Positions 29,001-37,272 are shown, counted from the first letter of the stretch. The stretch is DNA of 64,000 nt from Myxococcota bacterium (GCA_965247115.1 CBDFGR010000001.1:1-64000); one strand, 5' to 3'. Notes: generated by a model from the letters alone, not told the origin. A program made the numbers and translations.

Positions 29001-29274
29001 GCTGCGGGAGTTCTCGGGCTTCATCGCCGGGTACTACACCTGGGACGGTCCTGCGGGTACGCGCTTCTTCGCCTCCGCCGGCCGGGCCATGCGGCAGCTT
29101 GCGCAAGGGGAGGCCGACGAGGCGCAGTTCCGCGCCGTGAATCAGGCCGCCGGGATCCTCTTCCATTACCCCGCGGTAACGGTGGATCGCTTCACGCGGG
29201 GAGTGGTCGCTCTTGAGGAGGGCGAGTCGAGCAACCCGGCTGTCCTGCTCACGGGGCCACGACGGGAGCAATAG
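23074..29274 (+). CDS. Large internal virion/ejection protein (gp16-like) with a zincin HExxH motif
   Basis: 2066 aa; Gly/Ala hydrophobic segments; STALHEFGHLFF. Confidence 0.85.
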   Translation: MTTPQFLFDDAAQRLKEQESTEPQETPRDDPFAAAAQRLRAEQDREQGRAQLGAVLSTRTNPAQRAESLGIAERLGLPVDVVERDLPGWRKRARLQRPDLAALYGSRTLREVLAGNLGPFLLDDPGAVRAISQELSEAPAGTFGQVVSARFRRGLRTPDHGELGTKVMLGMASAEERQRFERQRRFPVVVPNAPGPLDDFVGIVAEQLPILFNIGLHAGAGAAIGGAVFGVGGSVIPVAGTAAGAATGAAAGAVTGAGLATFKLEGGNAYSELLTLAEEISGETGEQIPHEAIVGTSILVGGVNGALEFIGARAIARFSGLNALIRTLNQHGAKDLLLDRGMRGTLVAFGKHVVQATATEGTTEVLQETSNVVAGNVLVRATTIEEPELLTAMNAKRVLQAGMEGAIAGGGITAGGRVVSTAGAEARKALVTREKGLRLDRLVKLADASQARDASPTGFRKMVAGLAEESGGDPNVYIGAQGFVTYFQEADADLDALAEAIPEVLEQLPEAAAAGGDLVVPVADYVTHLREHHEGLARFVRHDVEGLTLEEAEGVEESASERLESELSELAPEVEGELSRGEQVAESFMQQLMTAGTMRGEDARIVAELLRVNAERRAQGPAGERAFEQAEDVRVEGPVTEEPAVRRTQPSLESVLQRRELEQLLDDLREGRQPELQGLPQRPVIQRMMEQGGVDPSSPLASELRALGIESSGPGSVPGLFRRGGKKAVDDFDFSTDPLFLTVPQDEFGRPEENAVLDVIDRELRGQPLRTEAELEQIQALRIPREQLEQTLEQLDLDIQELSNREVLAAISRVPRGGDFLQGSPRDPKGEISFSRDLENVVIRLTESADLSTALHEFGHLFFEFLQQDAGLEGADAQLQADLQTGLDFIGAKDVDSITNEQHETWARAFEAYLREGNAPTVELQSAFQRFRAWLINVYRNVRQLRVELNPEIRAVFDRLLATDDAIREAREARQLLPAFDSAESAGMTQREFADYQRALQVANAAAQEDLDQQMLRELRRVQTEQWKRDREAVRRQVEADINAQPVYQARHWLQHGEMLERPSPEGLEHRKLSRDALVQMYGKNILKVLPRGRNGFWQARDGVHPDLLADVFGFPSGDALVRALQASGNRQAVIDQETETRMRERFGDMRRDGTLADKALGATERDQTGRFLVREVRALAKRAGIRPTPVQVARAASERLVGEKRIRDLRPGVHRSAEARMARQAVEAIAAQDWTTAHDAKRKQLLNHYLAMESTKARERSLKNRAFHRRFAEGRVRSRIGLAGESYLDQIDALHDRFDFRRISDKAADRRQALADWITEREEAGEVVTIDEDLRNDAFRTPWRNLTVNQLDGLTDAVQNIDHLAKLKLELLTVQGKRELEARVGQAVETIRENARTTKPREIETRDPAEQRRTTMGDYFASHRKLSSLIREMDGMQDGGTLWELLVRPLNEKGDFEADERAKVTMQLSEIFQPYLGFGEALRKTAAKVTLGTLTKPSLRQKFVVPGMNISLSHEARLMVALNMGNAVNEQRILDGHGWSAADGAAILDTLTPTDVEFLNQIWEAIDSYWPEIAAKQKRVAGVAEEKVEAVPRDVPGGHLRGGYFPISFDERLSPRASANIAADAAKQAMRGAYTRASTRRGHTKARFRGDVVRPIRLDFGVIFEHFDQVIHDLAFHEWLIDANKIVGDRRVQSAILDGYGFPVLRQIQHAIEDVAAGSLPAQTSFDRAMNYLRKGSSISGMGFNVITALLQPYGLTQSMVRIGPKWVGRGLMRWMRDAATMENTAAWIADKSTFMKLRPRTQQREINEIQNRVGGGDVFSPVMDAYFYMIVKMQLVADIPTWLGAYEKAMDADGNEARAVALADQAVLDAQGGGQIKDLAQIQRGSPLQRLWTNFYSFFNTTFNLTAESWRRTNFKQPREVGRFAVDMLLLYTAPAVLTEMMRDAIQGSGDDDADLPEKLVRWQLEYLAGTMVGLREFSGFIAGYYTWDGPAGTRFFASAGRAMRQLAQGEADEAQFRAVNQAAGILFHYPAVTVDRFTRGVVALEEGESSNPAVLLTGPRREQ

Positions 29275-29282
29275 GAGCGTCC

Positions 29283-31277
29283 ATGACGATCACGGCCGAA
29301 CAGAACCTTGTCGAGTATACCGGAAACGGTGTTACCACCGTCTTCGCGGCTCCCTGGCGCTACCTGGACGCCGACGACCTCAAGGTGATCAAGCGCACGA
29401 TCGCGACGGGCGTCGATGCGCTCCAGACCCGGATCAGCGACTACACGGTTTCGGGGGTCGGGGATGCCACGGGCGGGAACGTGACCTTCCTGGTCGCGCC
29501 GGTCGCCACCGAGAAGGTGGTGATCTACGGCGATCCGCCGCTCAAGCAGGAGACGGACTACACGACGGCAGATTCCTTCCCGGCCGCGAGTCACGAGACC
29601 GCGCTGGACGTGCTTACGAACCAGGAGAAGGCAACTCGCTCGCGGGTCGAGCGCGCGATTCGGATCCCGTTCGGCGATGGGATCCTGGACACAGAGCTTG
29701 GCTCGGCAATCGCGAGGGCGTCGAAGTTCCTGAGCTTCGACGCGGCCGGGGTTCCGATCCTTGCGGCCGGGACCTCCGCGAACCTGGGTCCCGTAGCAGC
29801 GTTTATCGACACGCTCCTGGACGATGCCACCGCAGCCGCGGCGCGACTCACACTCCTGGCGGCGTACCGCTCCTATCCGATCGACGAGCTCTCGCCCAAT
29901 GGCGACTTCATGATCTGGCATACCCGACCTGCATCGGGATCGATCCAGAGTCCTGGGGCGGGCGCAGGTTTCCCAACGGGCGCGATCGCGGACGGGTGGT
30001 ACGGTGGACCGGGGCCTGGCTCGCAGTACACGTTCAGCAATCCTGTAGACGACCCGAAGACGGGCGCGCGCATCTGCAAGCTCGACTGGGACGCCGCGGT
30101 CAGCTCGGGCTCTGCGCAGCACAACGTTGCGGGGCAGATCACCGCAGGCTACTGGCGCGTGACCTTCCTCGAGTTCGCGGGCCGGGAGAGCCCTGAGTAC
30201 GTTGCGGGCAAGACGATCACGATCGAGTTCGATGCGAAGGCCTCGAGCGCCCTCACTATCGCGCCGATCGGCTGGATCTCTATGGGGCGGTCTCACTGGG
30301 CCGCAAGCACCGCCTACTTCGTGGGCGACGTGGTCCGAAACGACTCTCCCAATGGCGAGTTCGGAGGCTCGCGCGTCTATATCGTGACGACTGCGGGGAC
30401 CTCGGCAGGGTCTGGTGGGCCCACGGGGACTGGGACGGGGATCGCCGACAACACTGTCGTCTGGGACTACGTCGGCGAGACGAAGGGGAGGGAGTACGAG
30501 CTCTTTGAGGCGGGCGCTAGCTCGACCGTGCAACAGATCGCGTGGGGTGATCCCGTGGCCAGCGCGCGCTGCGCGCTGACGACGTCGTGGCAGACCTTCC
30601 GCAAGAAGATGTACATCCCGGAGCTCGACGAGGGCACGGGCGCAGAATACGGCGGCCAGGCGAACGACAACGGCTCCCGGACGTTCGCGGAGTTCCGGAG
30701 CACTGGGGCGTACTTCGGATTTGGCTTCGATCTCTGGCACAACGCCGCTACGAGTCCAATCATCGACATCCGCAAGGTCCGCGTGTGGGTCGGGGAAGAG
30801 GTCCACGCGGAGAAGGTTCGGATTCCGCGTGATCTCGCATTGCTCCAGTCGAACGGCTGGAGGCGGATCGTGAATCTCTTTCGGCCCTATGCGAGCCAGA
30901 TCCAGATGGAGGCGGGCACGTCTGGTGCAGTGAGCGTCACGCCCAGCGTGCAGCACCACCACCCCAGCGCCGCGAAGTTCTGGGTCAAGTGGGATACGAG
31001 CGGGACGACCATCGACGCCAGCTACAACGTCACGGCGCTGACGAATAGCGGGGTTGGAAAAGAGACGATCACGATCGGCACGAACTTCTCATCGGCAAAC
31101 TGGTGCTTCGGAGCCTTGGCAAACTCGAGCGACTCTGGCGATGCCAGGGCCAGCAACCATATCACCATGGGCTCGATGGCGTCAGGATCGATCGCCGTTC
31201 TGATCACCGACGGCGCGAACCCGGAGGTCTTCGCGGACGCGTCGATCTGCTGCGCTTTGGGTTTTGGAGACCAGTAA
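29283..31277 (+). CDS. Tail fibre/spike (T7 gp17-like N-terminal anchor)
   Basis: YTGNGVTTVF...DYTVSG...FPAASHETALD. Confidence 0.88.
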   Translation: MTITAEQNLVEYTGNGVTTVFAAPWRYLDADDLKVIKRTIATGVDALQTRISDYTVSGVGDATGGNVTFLVAPVATEKVVIYGDPPLKQETDYTTADSFPAASHETALDVLTNQEKATRSRVERAIRIPFGDGILDTELGSAIARASKFLSFDAAGVPILAAGTSANLGPVAAFIDTLLDDATAAAARLTLLAAYRSYPIDELSPNGDFMIWHTRPASGSIQSPGAGAGFPTGAIADGWYGGPGPGSQYTFSNPVDDPKTGARICKLDWDAAVSSGSAQHNVAGQITAGYWRVTFLEFAGRESPEYVAGKTITIEFDAKASSALTIAPIGWISMGRSHWAASTAYFVGDVVRNDSPNGEFGGSRVYIVTTAGTSAGSGGPTGTGTGIADNTVVWDYVGETKGREYELFEAGASSTVQQIAWGDPVASARCALTTSWQTFRKKMYIPELDEGTGAEYGGQANDNGSRTFAEFRSTGAYFGFGFDLWHNAATSPIIDIRKVRVWVGEEVHAEKVRIPRDLALLQSNGWRRIVNLFRPYASQIQMEAGTSGAVSVTPSVQHHHPSAAKFWVKWDTSGTTIDASYNVTALTNSGVGKETITIGTNFSSANWCFGALANSSDSGDARASNHITMGSMASGSIAVLITDGANPEVFADASICCALGFGDQ

Positions 31278-31927
31278 TGAAGACAATCCTGATCAAGCTC
31301 GACACGGGGACACTGGCGTTCTCCAGGCCCGCCTACGGGCAGCGGCGAATCGAGACTGTCGTCCCCGTTCAGATGGGAACCGACCCGCTGGATACGCGCC
31401 AGCAAGTAGTAGTTCGACCACTTGAGCAGGTATTCGTCGAGCGGTTTGGCCGCACGGGAGCCTCCTACGTCGATATGGTGGCCGCGCTCGATCCCATTTG
31501 GGCGGAGACCGAGGAGGAGTTTGCCCAGCGCATCGGTGCGGAGCTTCTCCAGAAGCTCGCTCAGGATGGCCACGAAAGCTTCGCCGGCGCCCAGGTGGTC
31601 GCGATCGTGGACGAGGGCACGATTCCGTCGGACCAGGTCTCGTGGAAGTATCGAGATGCCTGGGACTGGACCACCGAGGATCCGTCGGTGGACATGGATC
31701 TGCCGAAGGCGCGAGCCATCCGTCTGGCGGCGCTCCGTACGGAACGAAACGCCGAGCTCGAGACCCTTGATGTTGAGGCCGTTCGTACGCTTGAGCAGGA
31801 CAACCGATCGGAGATCAATCGCATATCTACGCGGAAGCAAGTGCTCCGGGATGCGCCGGCAACCCTGACTCCTTCGCTGGACGCGGCGCAGAGCCTGACT
31901 GAGCTGGAAGCGATTGCCCTGCCATGA
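31277..31927 (+). CDS. Tail-fibre assembly/chaperone-like protein
   Basis: RDAW...KARAIRLAALRTERNAELETLD...KQVLRDAP. Confidence 0.65.
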   Translation: MKTILIKLDTGTLAFSRPAYGQRRIETVVPVQMGTDPLDTRQQVVVRPLEQVFVERFGRTGASYVDMVAALDPIWAETEEEFAQRIGAELLQKLAQDGHESFAGAQVVAIVDEGTIPSDQVSWKYRDAWDWTTEDPSVDMDLPKARAIRLAALRTERNAELETLDVEAVRTLEQDNRSEINRISTRKQVLRDAPATLTPSLDAAQSLTELEAIALP

Positions 31928-31939
31928 CCGCTAGCTGAT

Positions 31940-32248
31940 ATGCCCAGCTCCTCCAACGGCTACTGGCGTCCGATTGCAGCCGCCGCCGGGACGGCCCTGG
32001 GAATCCTCCTCACCATCTACTTCACGCTGGTCCGAAATGTGGCGAGTGAGGAGCACGTGGAGAAGGCCGTGGCGCCGGTGGCGGAACGGTCCGCATCGAA
32101 TAGCGACCGGATCGGTGCTGCCGAGCGCGACCTATCGGGCGTCCAGCAGCAGCTACGGGACGTGGAGCGACGTCTCGGCAGCCTCGAAGGGAAGGTGGAC
32201 GACATCCCCGAGAAGGTCGTCCGTGCGATCCGAGGGGGGACACCATGA
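31940..32248 (+). CDS. Single-TM coiled-coil protein (holin/i-spanin-like candidate)
   Basis: One hydrophobic segment plus heptad repeats; lysis-region position. Confidence 0.6.
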   Translation: MPSSSNGYWRPIAAAAGTALGILLTIYFTLVRNVASEEHVEKAVAPVAERSASNSDRIGAAERDLSGVQQQLRDVERRLGSLEGKVDDIPEKVVRAIRGGTP

Positions 32249-32529
32249 AACAAGCTCTCATCCTTGCGCTGCTGCTCCTGCCGTCCTGCGCGATGCAGAT
32301 CGGGCCAGGAGAGCACGGCTGGGTGATGTGGGATATCTGCGGCTTTGAAGGCGGCGCCGAGGCCGAGCTCGAGGTCATGGGCAACGCCCTGCGGGTCGGA
32401 TGCAGCGACAGCGACAAACCCGCTGCCGTAGCGGACGAGGTCCCGCGGGTCGGATGCAGCGGCAGCGACAAACCCGCTGCCGTAACGGACGAGGTCCCGA
32501 TCACGGGCCGCGTCACGGTCGATGAGTGA
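32245..32529 (+). CDS. Small lipoprotein with an internal 18-aa duplication
   Basis: MKQALILALLLLPSC lipobox-like; 54-bp tandem repeat 32391-32498. Confidence 0.65.
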   Translation: MKQALILALLLLPSCAMQIGPGEHGWVMWDICGFEGGAEAELEVMGNALRVGCSDSDKPAAVADEVPRVGCSGSDKPAAVTDEVPITGRVTVDE

Positions 32530-32547
32530 GCGGGGGGTGAGAGGGGA

Positions 32548-32955
32548 ATGGGGCTTCTAGACGGCCGACTGCAGCGGCCGATCCCGAAGGAGGCGAAGCG
32601 GACGCTTGCAGAGATCCCGGAGCACTTCCAGGACGACGGCTGCTCGAGCTCGCCGGACGACCTCTTCGGCTTCGACTTCCGCTGGGCCTGCCGGATCCAC
32701 GACTGGAGGTACTGCACCCGCTGTCACCCGGCCGGCTCGATGACGTGGCAGCGCAAGAACGACGCCGATGGGGAGCTCAAGGAGAACATCCGCACATCGC
32801 TCCCGTGGCGCTGGCGCTGGGTCCGGTTCCTCTACCACCGCGCGGTCTTCGTGGGCGGGAACTTCGGTGCTTACGACACCTGCGGCCCGGAAGCGGGCCT
32901 GCGCTGCCGGCACAACAAGAGGAAGCCGGACTGGATGCGTTCGCTGGCGCCATGA
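32548..32955 (+). CDS. Prokaryotic phospholipase A2-like protein
   Basis: DGCSSSPD.LFGFDF.WACRIHDWRY...DAD motif. Confidence 0.7.
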   Translation: MGLLDGRLQRPIPKEAKRTLAEIPEHFQDDGCSSSPDDLFGFDFRWACRIHDWRYCTRCHPAGSMTWQRKNDADGELKENIRTSLPWRWRWVRFLYHRAVFVGGNFGAYDTCGPEAGLRCRHNKRKPDWMRSLAP

Positions 32956-33323
32956 GCCTGCCTCTCTCGGAGCCGCACCAGATCGACTGGGTCGATGTAG
33001 GCGAGTTCGTCCTCTGGTGCTGGCAGCTCTGCTGCTGGTACGGCGGATCGGTGACGGGGGGCTGCCGCACCGAGAGGCGGAACGCGCTTGTGGGCGGCCA
33101 CGAGAAGAGCAAGCACCAGTTCGGGTCCGGGTGGGGGGAGGCGATCGATATCGTCTTCGATACGCCTCTGGGCCGCGAGATGGCGATTCTGCGGACGCAG
33201 CGCGAGCGGCCTGAGTACCACACCTACGTCGGCGAGCACTACGAGCCGACGCGGCTCCACGTTCAGGGCTGGAAGTACGGGGAGACGCCGCACAGCCGCG
33301 CGCTCTTGCTCGAACTTTCCTGA
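32952..33323 (+). CDS. Peptidase M15A-type endolysin candidate
   Basis: VTGGCR..RNALVGG..KSKH...EAID...RLHVQ. Confidence 0.75.
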   Translation: MSLPLSEPHQIDWVDVGEFVLWCWQLCCWYGGSVTGGCRTERRNALVGGHEKSKHQFGSGWGEAIDIVFDTPLGREMAILRTQRERPEYHTYVGEHYEPTRLHVQGWKYGETPHSRALLLELS

Positions 33324-33334
33324 AGGGACATAAT
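33306..33334 (+). promoter_or_regulatory. Putative sigma70 promoter of the RAPP-leader/TonB receptor operon
   Basis: TTGCTC-N17-CATAAT. Confidence 0.5.
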
Positions 33335-33357
33335 CCGCGCTTGCGTCGGGCGAGGGT

Positions 33358-33726
33358 GTGCGGGTGAACTCAGCGCTGAGGGTCCGGGAAAGCTTCCGGC
33401 GATGTTCGCTGGTTCTCGCCCTGCTCCTGGCGCAGAGCGGCTCGCTAGCCCAGGTCCACGCAGCGAGTCACGCGGAGCCCCCAGCCCTCGGGGCCGTCGC
33501 TCCGGGCGAGTTGCCGGGCAACCCACCCGTCGGTCACAACGAGCAGAGCTGCTCGGACTGTCTGGCGGGCTCGAAACTCGCCTCCGCCGCCCTCACCAGT
33601 TCGGCGAGCCTTGGGCAGCCGTGCGCGGGCGGCGCACCGATCGCCGCCGACCCATGGGCGACCCCCGAAGCCGCCCCGGATTTAATCCGGCGGCCCCGAG
33701 CTCCTCCGGCGAAGCGCCTGGCCTGA
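33358..33726 (+). CDS. DUF2946-like leader protein (signal sequence, CxxC, C-terminal RAPP)
   Basis: LVLALLLAQ; HAASH; HNEQSCSDC; RPRAPP. Confidence 0.8.
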   Translation: MRVNSALRVRESFRRCSLVLALLLAQSGSLAQVHAASHAEPPALGAVAPGELPGNPPVGHNEQSCSDCLAGSKLASAALTSSASLGQPCAGGAPIAADPWATPEAAPDLIRRPRAPPAKRLA

Positions 33727-33845
33727 TCCGGCGGCGCCCCGCGCGCCGTACCGATCTCGCCCCGACCCGCCCCGAGGGGACCCGTGCGCGCGGTGTGCAC
33801 CGGTTCCGCCGGGGCCAGCGCCAAGGCCCGAGGAGCTTGGAACGA

Positions 33846-36050
33846 ATGAGAGTCAAGAGCCGACGCAATCCGTTTATCGCCCCGCTGCGCGCAATCGCCG
33901 CCCTGGGCGTCCTGTGCTGCACGGTCGCGCCGTTACCCGCGTGGGGCCAGGAACCGACGCCCGCCGCCGGAACGCCACCCACCTCGACCCACGGCTCGCA
34001 CGAGCCAATCGAAGAGATCGTCGTGACCGCTTCGCCGCTGGGTCGCGACGAAGCCAGCACGACCACGGCGATCAACGTGATCAGCCGGAATCATCTTCTG
34101 ACGCACGGCGGCTCCACGCTGGGCGAGGCCCTGGCTTCCGAGCCCGGAATTTCCACTTCGGGCTTCTCCGCGGGGTCAAGCCGGCCAGTGATTCGGGGAC
34201 AGTCCGGCATCCGCATCAAGACGACCGAGAACGGCCTGGGCACGGCCGACCTGGCCGCCATCAGCCCCGACCACGGGGTGCCGGTCAACCTGCTCATGGC
34301 CCAACGGATTGAGGTGCTGCGCGGCCCTTCGACGCTGCGATACGGCGGCACGGCGATCGGCGGTGTGGTGAATGTCCTGATCGACCGGGTGCCGAGCCGG
34401 GTCCCCCCAGGCGCTCTGAGCGGGGAGATCCTGGGCGCCTGGGGCAGCGCCGCGGAGCGCCGGGACGGGGCGTTCCTGCTCGACGGGGCGCTGGGCCGGC
34501 TGGGCTTGCACATCGACGGCGCGAAATGGCGTTCCGAAGACTACGAAGCCCCAGGTGCGAAGGTGCGCAACTCCCAGACCGACGGCTCCGCGTTTTCCGG
34601 CGGCCTGGCCTGGCTGGGCGATGGTTTCCGCCTGGGAGTTGCACGCTCGAGTTTCGAGAACGAGTACGGCGTCCCGGCGGGCGAGCACGTCATCGACCTG
34701 AGCAAGGACGTCTGGCACCTGGAAGCCGACTGGCTGGAGCCGGTTCCGGGCCTGTCTCGGATTGAACTGCGGGGGGCGTTCTCCGACTACGAGCACAGTG
34801 AGTTCGAAGGGGACCTCCAGGAGTCGGATTTCGATTCCGACGTATCCGAGCTGCGCATGGAAGTCCTGCACGAACCCCTGCTGGAGTCGGGGTCGCTGCG
34901 CGGGGCGCTGGGAGCGCACTACATTCGACGCAAGTTCGAAGTCACCAGCGAAGCCGATCCCTTCCTGGAGCCCAGCCGCACCGATACGTGGGCCCTGTAC
35001 GCGGTCGAGGAATGGCTGTTGTCCGATCGACTGACCGCGGAACTGTCGGCCCGCCTGGAGCGCGTCGAGATCGAAGGCTCGCTGCCGGGGGTGGCGCGAT
35101 GCGACCAGCGCTTCAACCCCTTCAGCGCCTCGTTCGGGCTGGTGTATCGCCCCGCCGACGGGGTTTCGCTCGCGCTGCGGGCCTCCTCCACGGAGCGCGC
35201 CCCCGACGCGACTGAGCTGTATTACCGGGGTGAGCATCACGCCACGGGAACCTACGAGATCGGCGACCCCGACCTGGACCTCGAACGGGCGGACGCGGCC
35301 GAACTCACGCTTCGCGTCCGGCGCGGGCGGTTCTCGCTCACGACCGGTCTCTTCTACACGAACTACAAGGACTACATCGACCTGACGGCCACGGGCCGGA
35401 TGATCGCCGACAAGCACGGCCACGACCACGGAGAAGAAGAGGAGCACGACGACGAGGACCATGACGAGGACGAGGATCATGGGGACGAAGACCATGACGA
35501 GGACGGGGATCACGACGAAGAAGACCACGAAGAAGGCGAGGAACACGACGATCACGAAGAAGAGGGAGACGGGCACGACGAGGGCGGGCTGATCGAGGCC
35601 GAGTTCCTGCAGCAGGACGCGGTCTTCTACGGCGGCGAACTCTGGCTCGACTACAATCTCTTTGAGTGGGCCGGGATCGAGTTCGGACTGGACGCGCAGT
35701 TCGACGCGGTGCGCGGCCGCCTGGACAGGGGAAACGTCCCGCGCCAGCCGCCCTTCCGCTACGGAGCGGGGCTTCACTTCCGCGGCGAACGCTTCGACGG
35801 GCGCGTCGGCTTCCTGCGCCACGCCCGCCAGAAGCGCACCGGCGCGCTCGAGACGTCGACCGACGCCTACACACTGTTGGAAGCTTCCCTCGCCGTGCGG
35901 CTGATCTCAGCGGGGAACCGCTTGCTGGAACTGGATCTGAGCGGACGCAATCTGCTCGACGAGCGCGCCCGAAACCACCTGAATTTCCGCAAGGACCTGT
36001 TCCTGCTGCCCGGGCGGTCGATCCGGGTTTTGCTGCGCGGGCGCTTTTGA
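33846..36050 (+). CDS. TonB-dependent receptor, ZnuD-like, with a His/Asp/Glu-rich loop
   Basis: EEIVVTA TonB box, SRPVIRG, RIEVLRGP plug, C-terminal F. Confidence 0.92.
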   Translation: MRVKSRRNPFIAPLRAIAALGVLCCTVAPLPAWGQEPTPAAGTPPTSTHGSHEPIEEIVVTASPLGRDEASTTTAINVISRNHLLTHGGSTLGEALASEPGISTSGFSAGSSRPVIRGQSGIRIKTTENGLGTADLAAISPDHGVPVNLLMAQRIEVLRGPSTLRYGGTAIGGVVNVLIDRVPSRVPPGALSGEILGAWGSAAERRDGAFLLDGALGRLGLHIDGAKWRSEDYEAPGAKVRNSQTDGSAFSGGLAWLGDGFRLGVARSSFENEYGVPAGEHVIDLSKDVWHLEADWLEPVPGLSRIELRGAFSDYEHSEFEGDLQESDFDSDVSELRMEVLHEPLLESGSLRGALGAHYIRRKFEVTSEADPFLEPSRTDTWALYAVEEWLLSDRLTAELSARLERVEIEGSLPGVARCDQRFNPFSASFGLVYRPADGVSLALRASSTERAPDATELYYRGEHHATGTYEIGDPDLDLERADAAELTLRVRRGRFSLTTGLFYTNYKDYIDLTATGRMIADKHGHDHGEEEEHDDEDHDEDEDHGDEDHDEDGDHDEEDHEEGEEHDDHEEEGDGHDEGGLIEAEFLQQDAVFYGGELWLDYNLFEWAGIEFGLDAQFDAVRGRLDRGNVPRQPPFRYGAGLHFRGERFDGRVGFLRHARQKRTGALETSTDAYTLLEASLAVRLISAGNRLLELDLSGRNLLDERARNHLNFRKDLFLLPGRSIRVLLRGRF

Positions 36051-36217
36051 ACCCGGCCGGATTGGACAAGCCGCCGCGGCACCGCCGATAATCGGGTGCC
36101 TCGGCGGCCTCGGCGCGTCCCGCGCCGCTCGGACGCTACGGCGAGCCGGGGAGAGAGGGCCTGACTGGCACCACCACGATTTTCACTCAGGTCGCCGCGG
36201 GAACGGCCGCGGTTTAC

Positions 36218-36928
36218 ATGGCGCTGCTGCTCGTCGGTTGCACCTATCGGGTTCCGCTTCCGGTGATTCGGGAGGGTGAGCCCAGGAACATCGAGTACCG
36301 ACAGCTCGAGGTAGACGACTTCTGGGGCACTCCTTGGGGGGACTGCTTGGCGTTCACGTCCACGCACCTGAAATTTCGGCCAACGGAGCCCCCGATGGCT
36401 TACGAGCACAACGCCGATGGTGGCGTGACCGCAAGGATTGACGACGGGTTCGAGGTATACGCGATCATGGATCGAGCCATGTCTTTTTGGCACGTCCTAA
36501 AGGTCATTAGAGCAGAGCGAGAACAGCCAGAATATCGACGAGGCAGAAGAGCCGTTCCGACAGGAGAGAAAGGGGCTGGGAAGCTCTCCGTGCTCGAGCA
36601 TGAGCAGGGACACTTCGCTCTAACCGAGATCGCGGCCAGGCTGCTCACGAAGAACATGATGGTGCTTCAGGGCTCCGGTGCAACGGAGACGGAAGCCTCG
36701 GACGCATTGTGGAAGGAGAGCAATCGCGAATACGCGAAGGTCAGGGAAGGACTGAGTTCCGGCCACGAGAAGTACGACCTCGAATCGAACATATGGAATT
36801 GGATCCCTGACAACCAGTGGGAGTGGAGCCCTCACAACCAGAGGGAGTGGAGCCCTCACAACCAGAGCGTCTGGACGGAGTACTTCGATAAGAGACTGCG
36901 CATGACGGACGGCAATGGAGTGCGCTGA
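36218..36928 (+). CDS. DUF922-like Zn-dependent protease, lipoprotein-like
   Basis: LLVGC; VLEHEQGHFALTEIAAR; C-terminal EWSPHNQ x2. Confidence 0.7.
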   Translation: MALLLVGCTYRVPLPVIREGEPRNIEYRQLEVDDFWGTPWGDCLAFTSTHLKFRPTEPPMAYEHNADGGVTARIDDGFEVYAIMDRAMSFWHVLKVIRAEREQPEYRRGRRAVPTGEKGAGKLSVLEHEQGHFALTEIAARLLTKNMMVLQGSGATETEASDALWKESNREYAKVREGLSSGHEKYDLESNIWNWIPDNQWEWSPHNQREWSPHNQSVWTEYFDKRLRMTDGNGVR

Positions 36929-36991
36929 AGCCCACCCCCGGGCCTGCGTACTATGAACAAACTTTCCTCGCGTTCACAGGTCATAGATCGC

Positions 36992-37180
36992 TCAGAAGAA
37001 AGCTTTCACGACTGTCGCCGCAATCGCCGCTGCGACCGCGATGCCGCTCAGAACTCCGCCCAATATCCAGACCTTCAAATTGCTGATGTCGGTCTTGGTT
37101 GCGATGTTCTTATCCCTATTTTCCTGGATGGCGACCACTCGCTCATCTATCCGAGCAAGTTGCACCTCAAGTGCTCTCAC
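36992..37180 (-). CDS. Small coiled-coil plus TM protein
   Basis: LEVQLARIDERV...ATKTDISNLKVWILGGVL. Confidence 0.5.
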   Translation of the reverse strand: MRALEVQLARIDERVVAIQENRDKNIATKTDISNLKVWILGGVLSGIAVAAAIAATVVKAFF

Positions 37181-37272
37181 TTGGAAGCGCCTACTCGGGC
37201 TACACGACCCGGGTACTGGCCGATGAACGCACACGCCTCTCTGTAGGTGACTGGCTGCAATTCGAGGCTCAC
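37177..37272 (-). pseudogene. Truncated start of a phage accessory gene (XF1762-like N-terminus, tentative)
   Basis: MSLELQPVTYREACAFIGQY then an early stop; preceded by 19-bp motif. Confidence 0.4.

Larger units (their letters stand above)
1354..33323. mobile_element. Temperate podovirus-type prophage (T7/BPP-1-like virion module, lambdoid-like control region); right end undefined
   Basis: int-xis-recT-recE-cI-cro-terS-terL-portal-scaffold-MCP-tail A/B-ejection proteins-tail fibre-lysis genes in order. Confidence 0.93.

Noticed and set aside
29283..31927. BPP-1-like diversity-generating retroelement at the tail fibre
   Set aside because: No reverse transcriptase and no template/variable repeat pair seen
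33402..33845. Long N-terminal extension of the TonB receptor
   Set aside because: It overlaps the RAPP leader; RBS and signal peptide point to ATG 33846
36819..36867. 24-bp tandem duplication (EWSPHNQ x2) in the DUF922-like gene
   Set aside because: Real, but looks like simple slippage with no further structure
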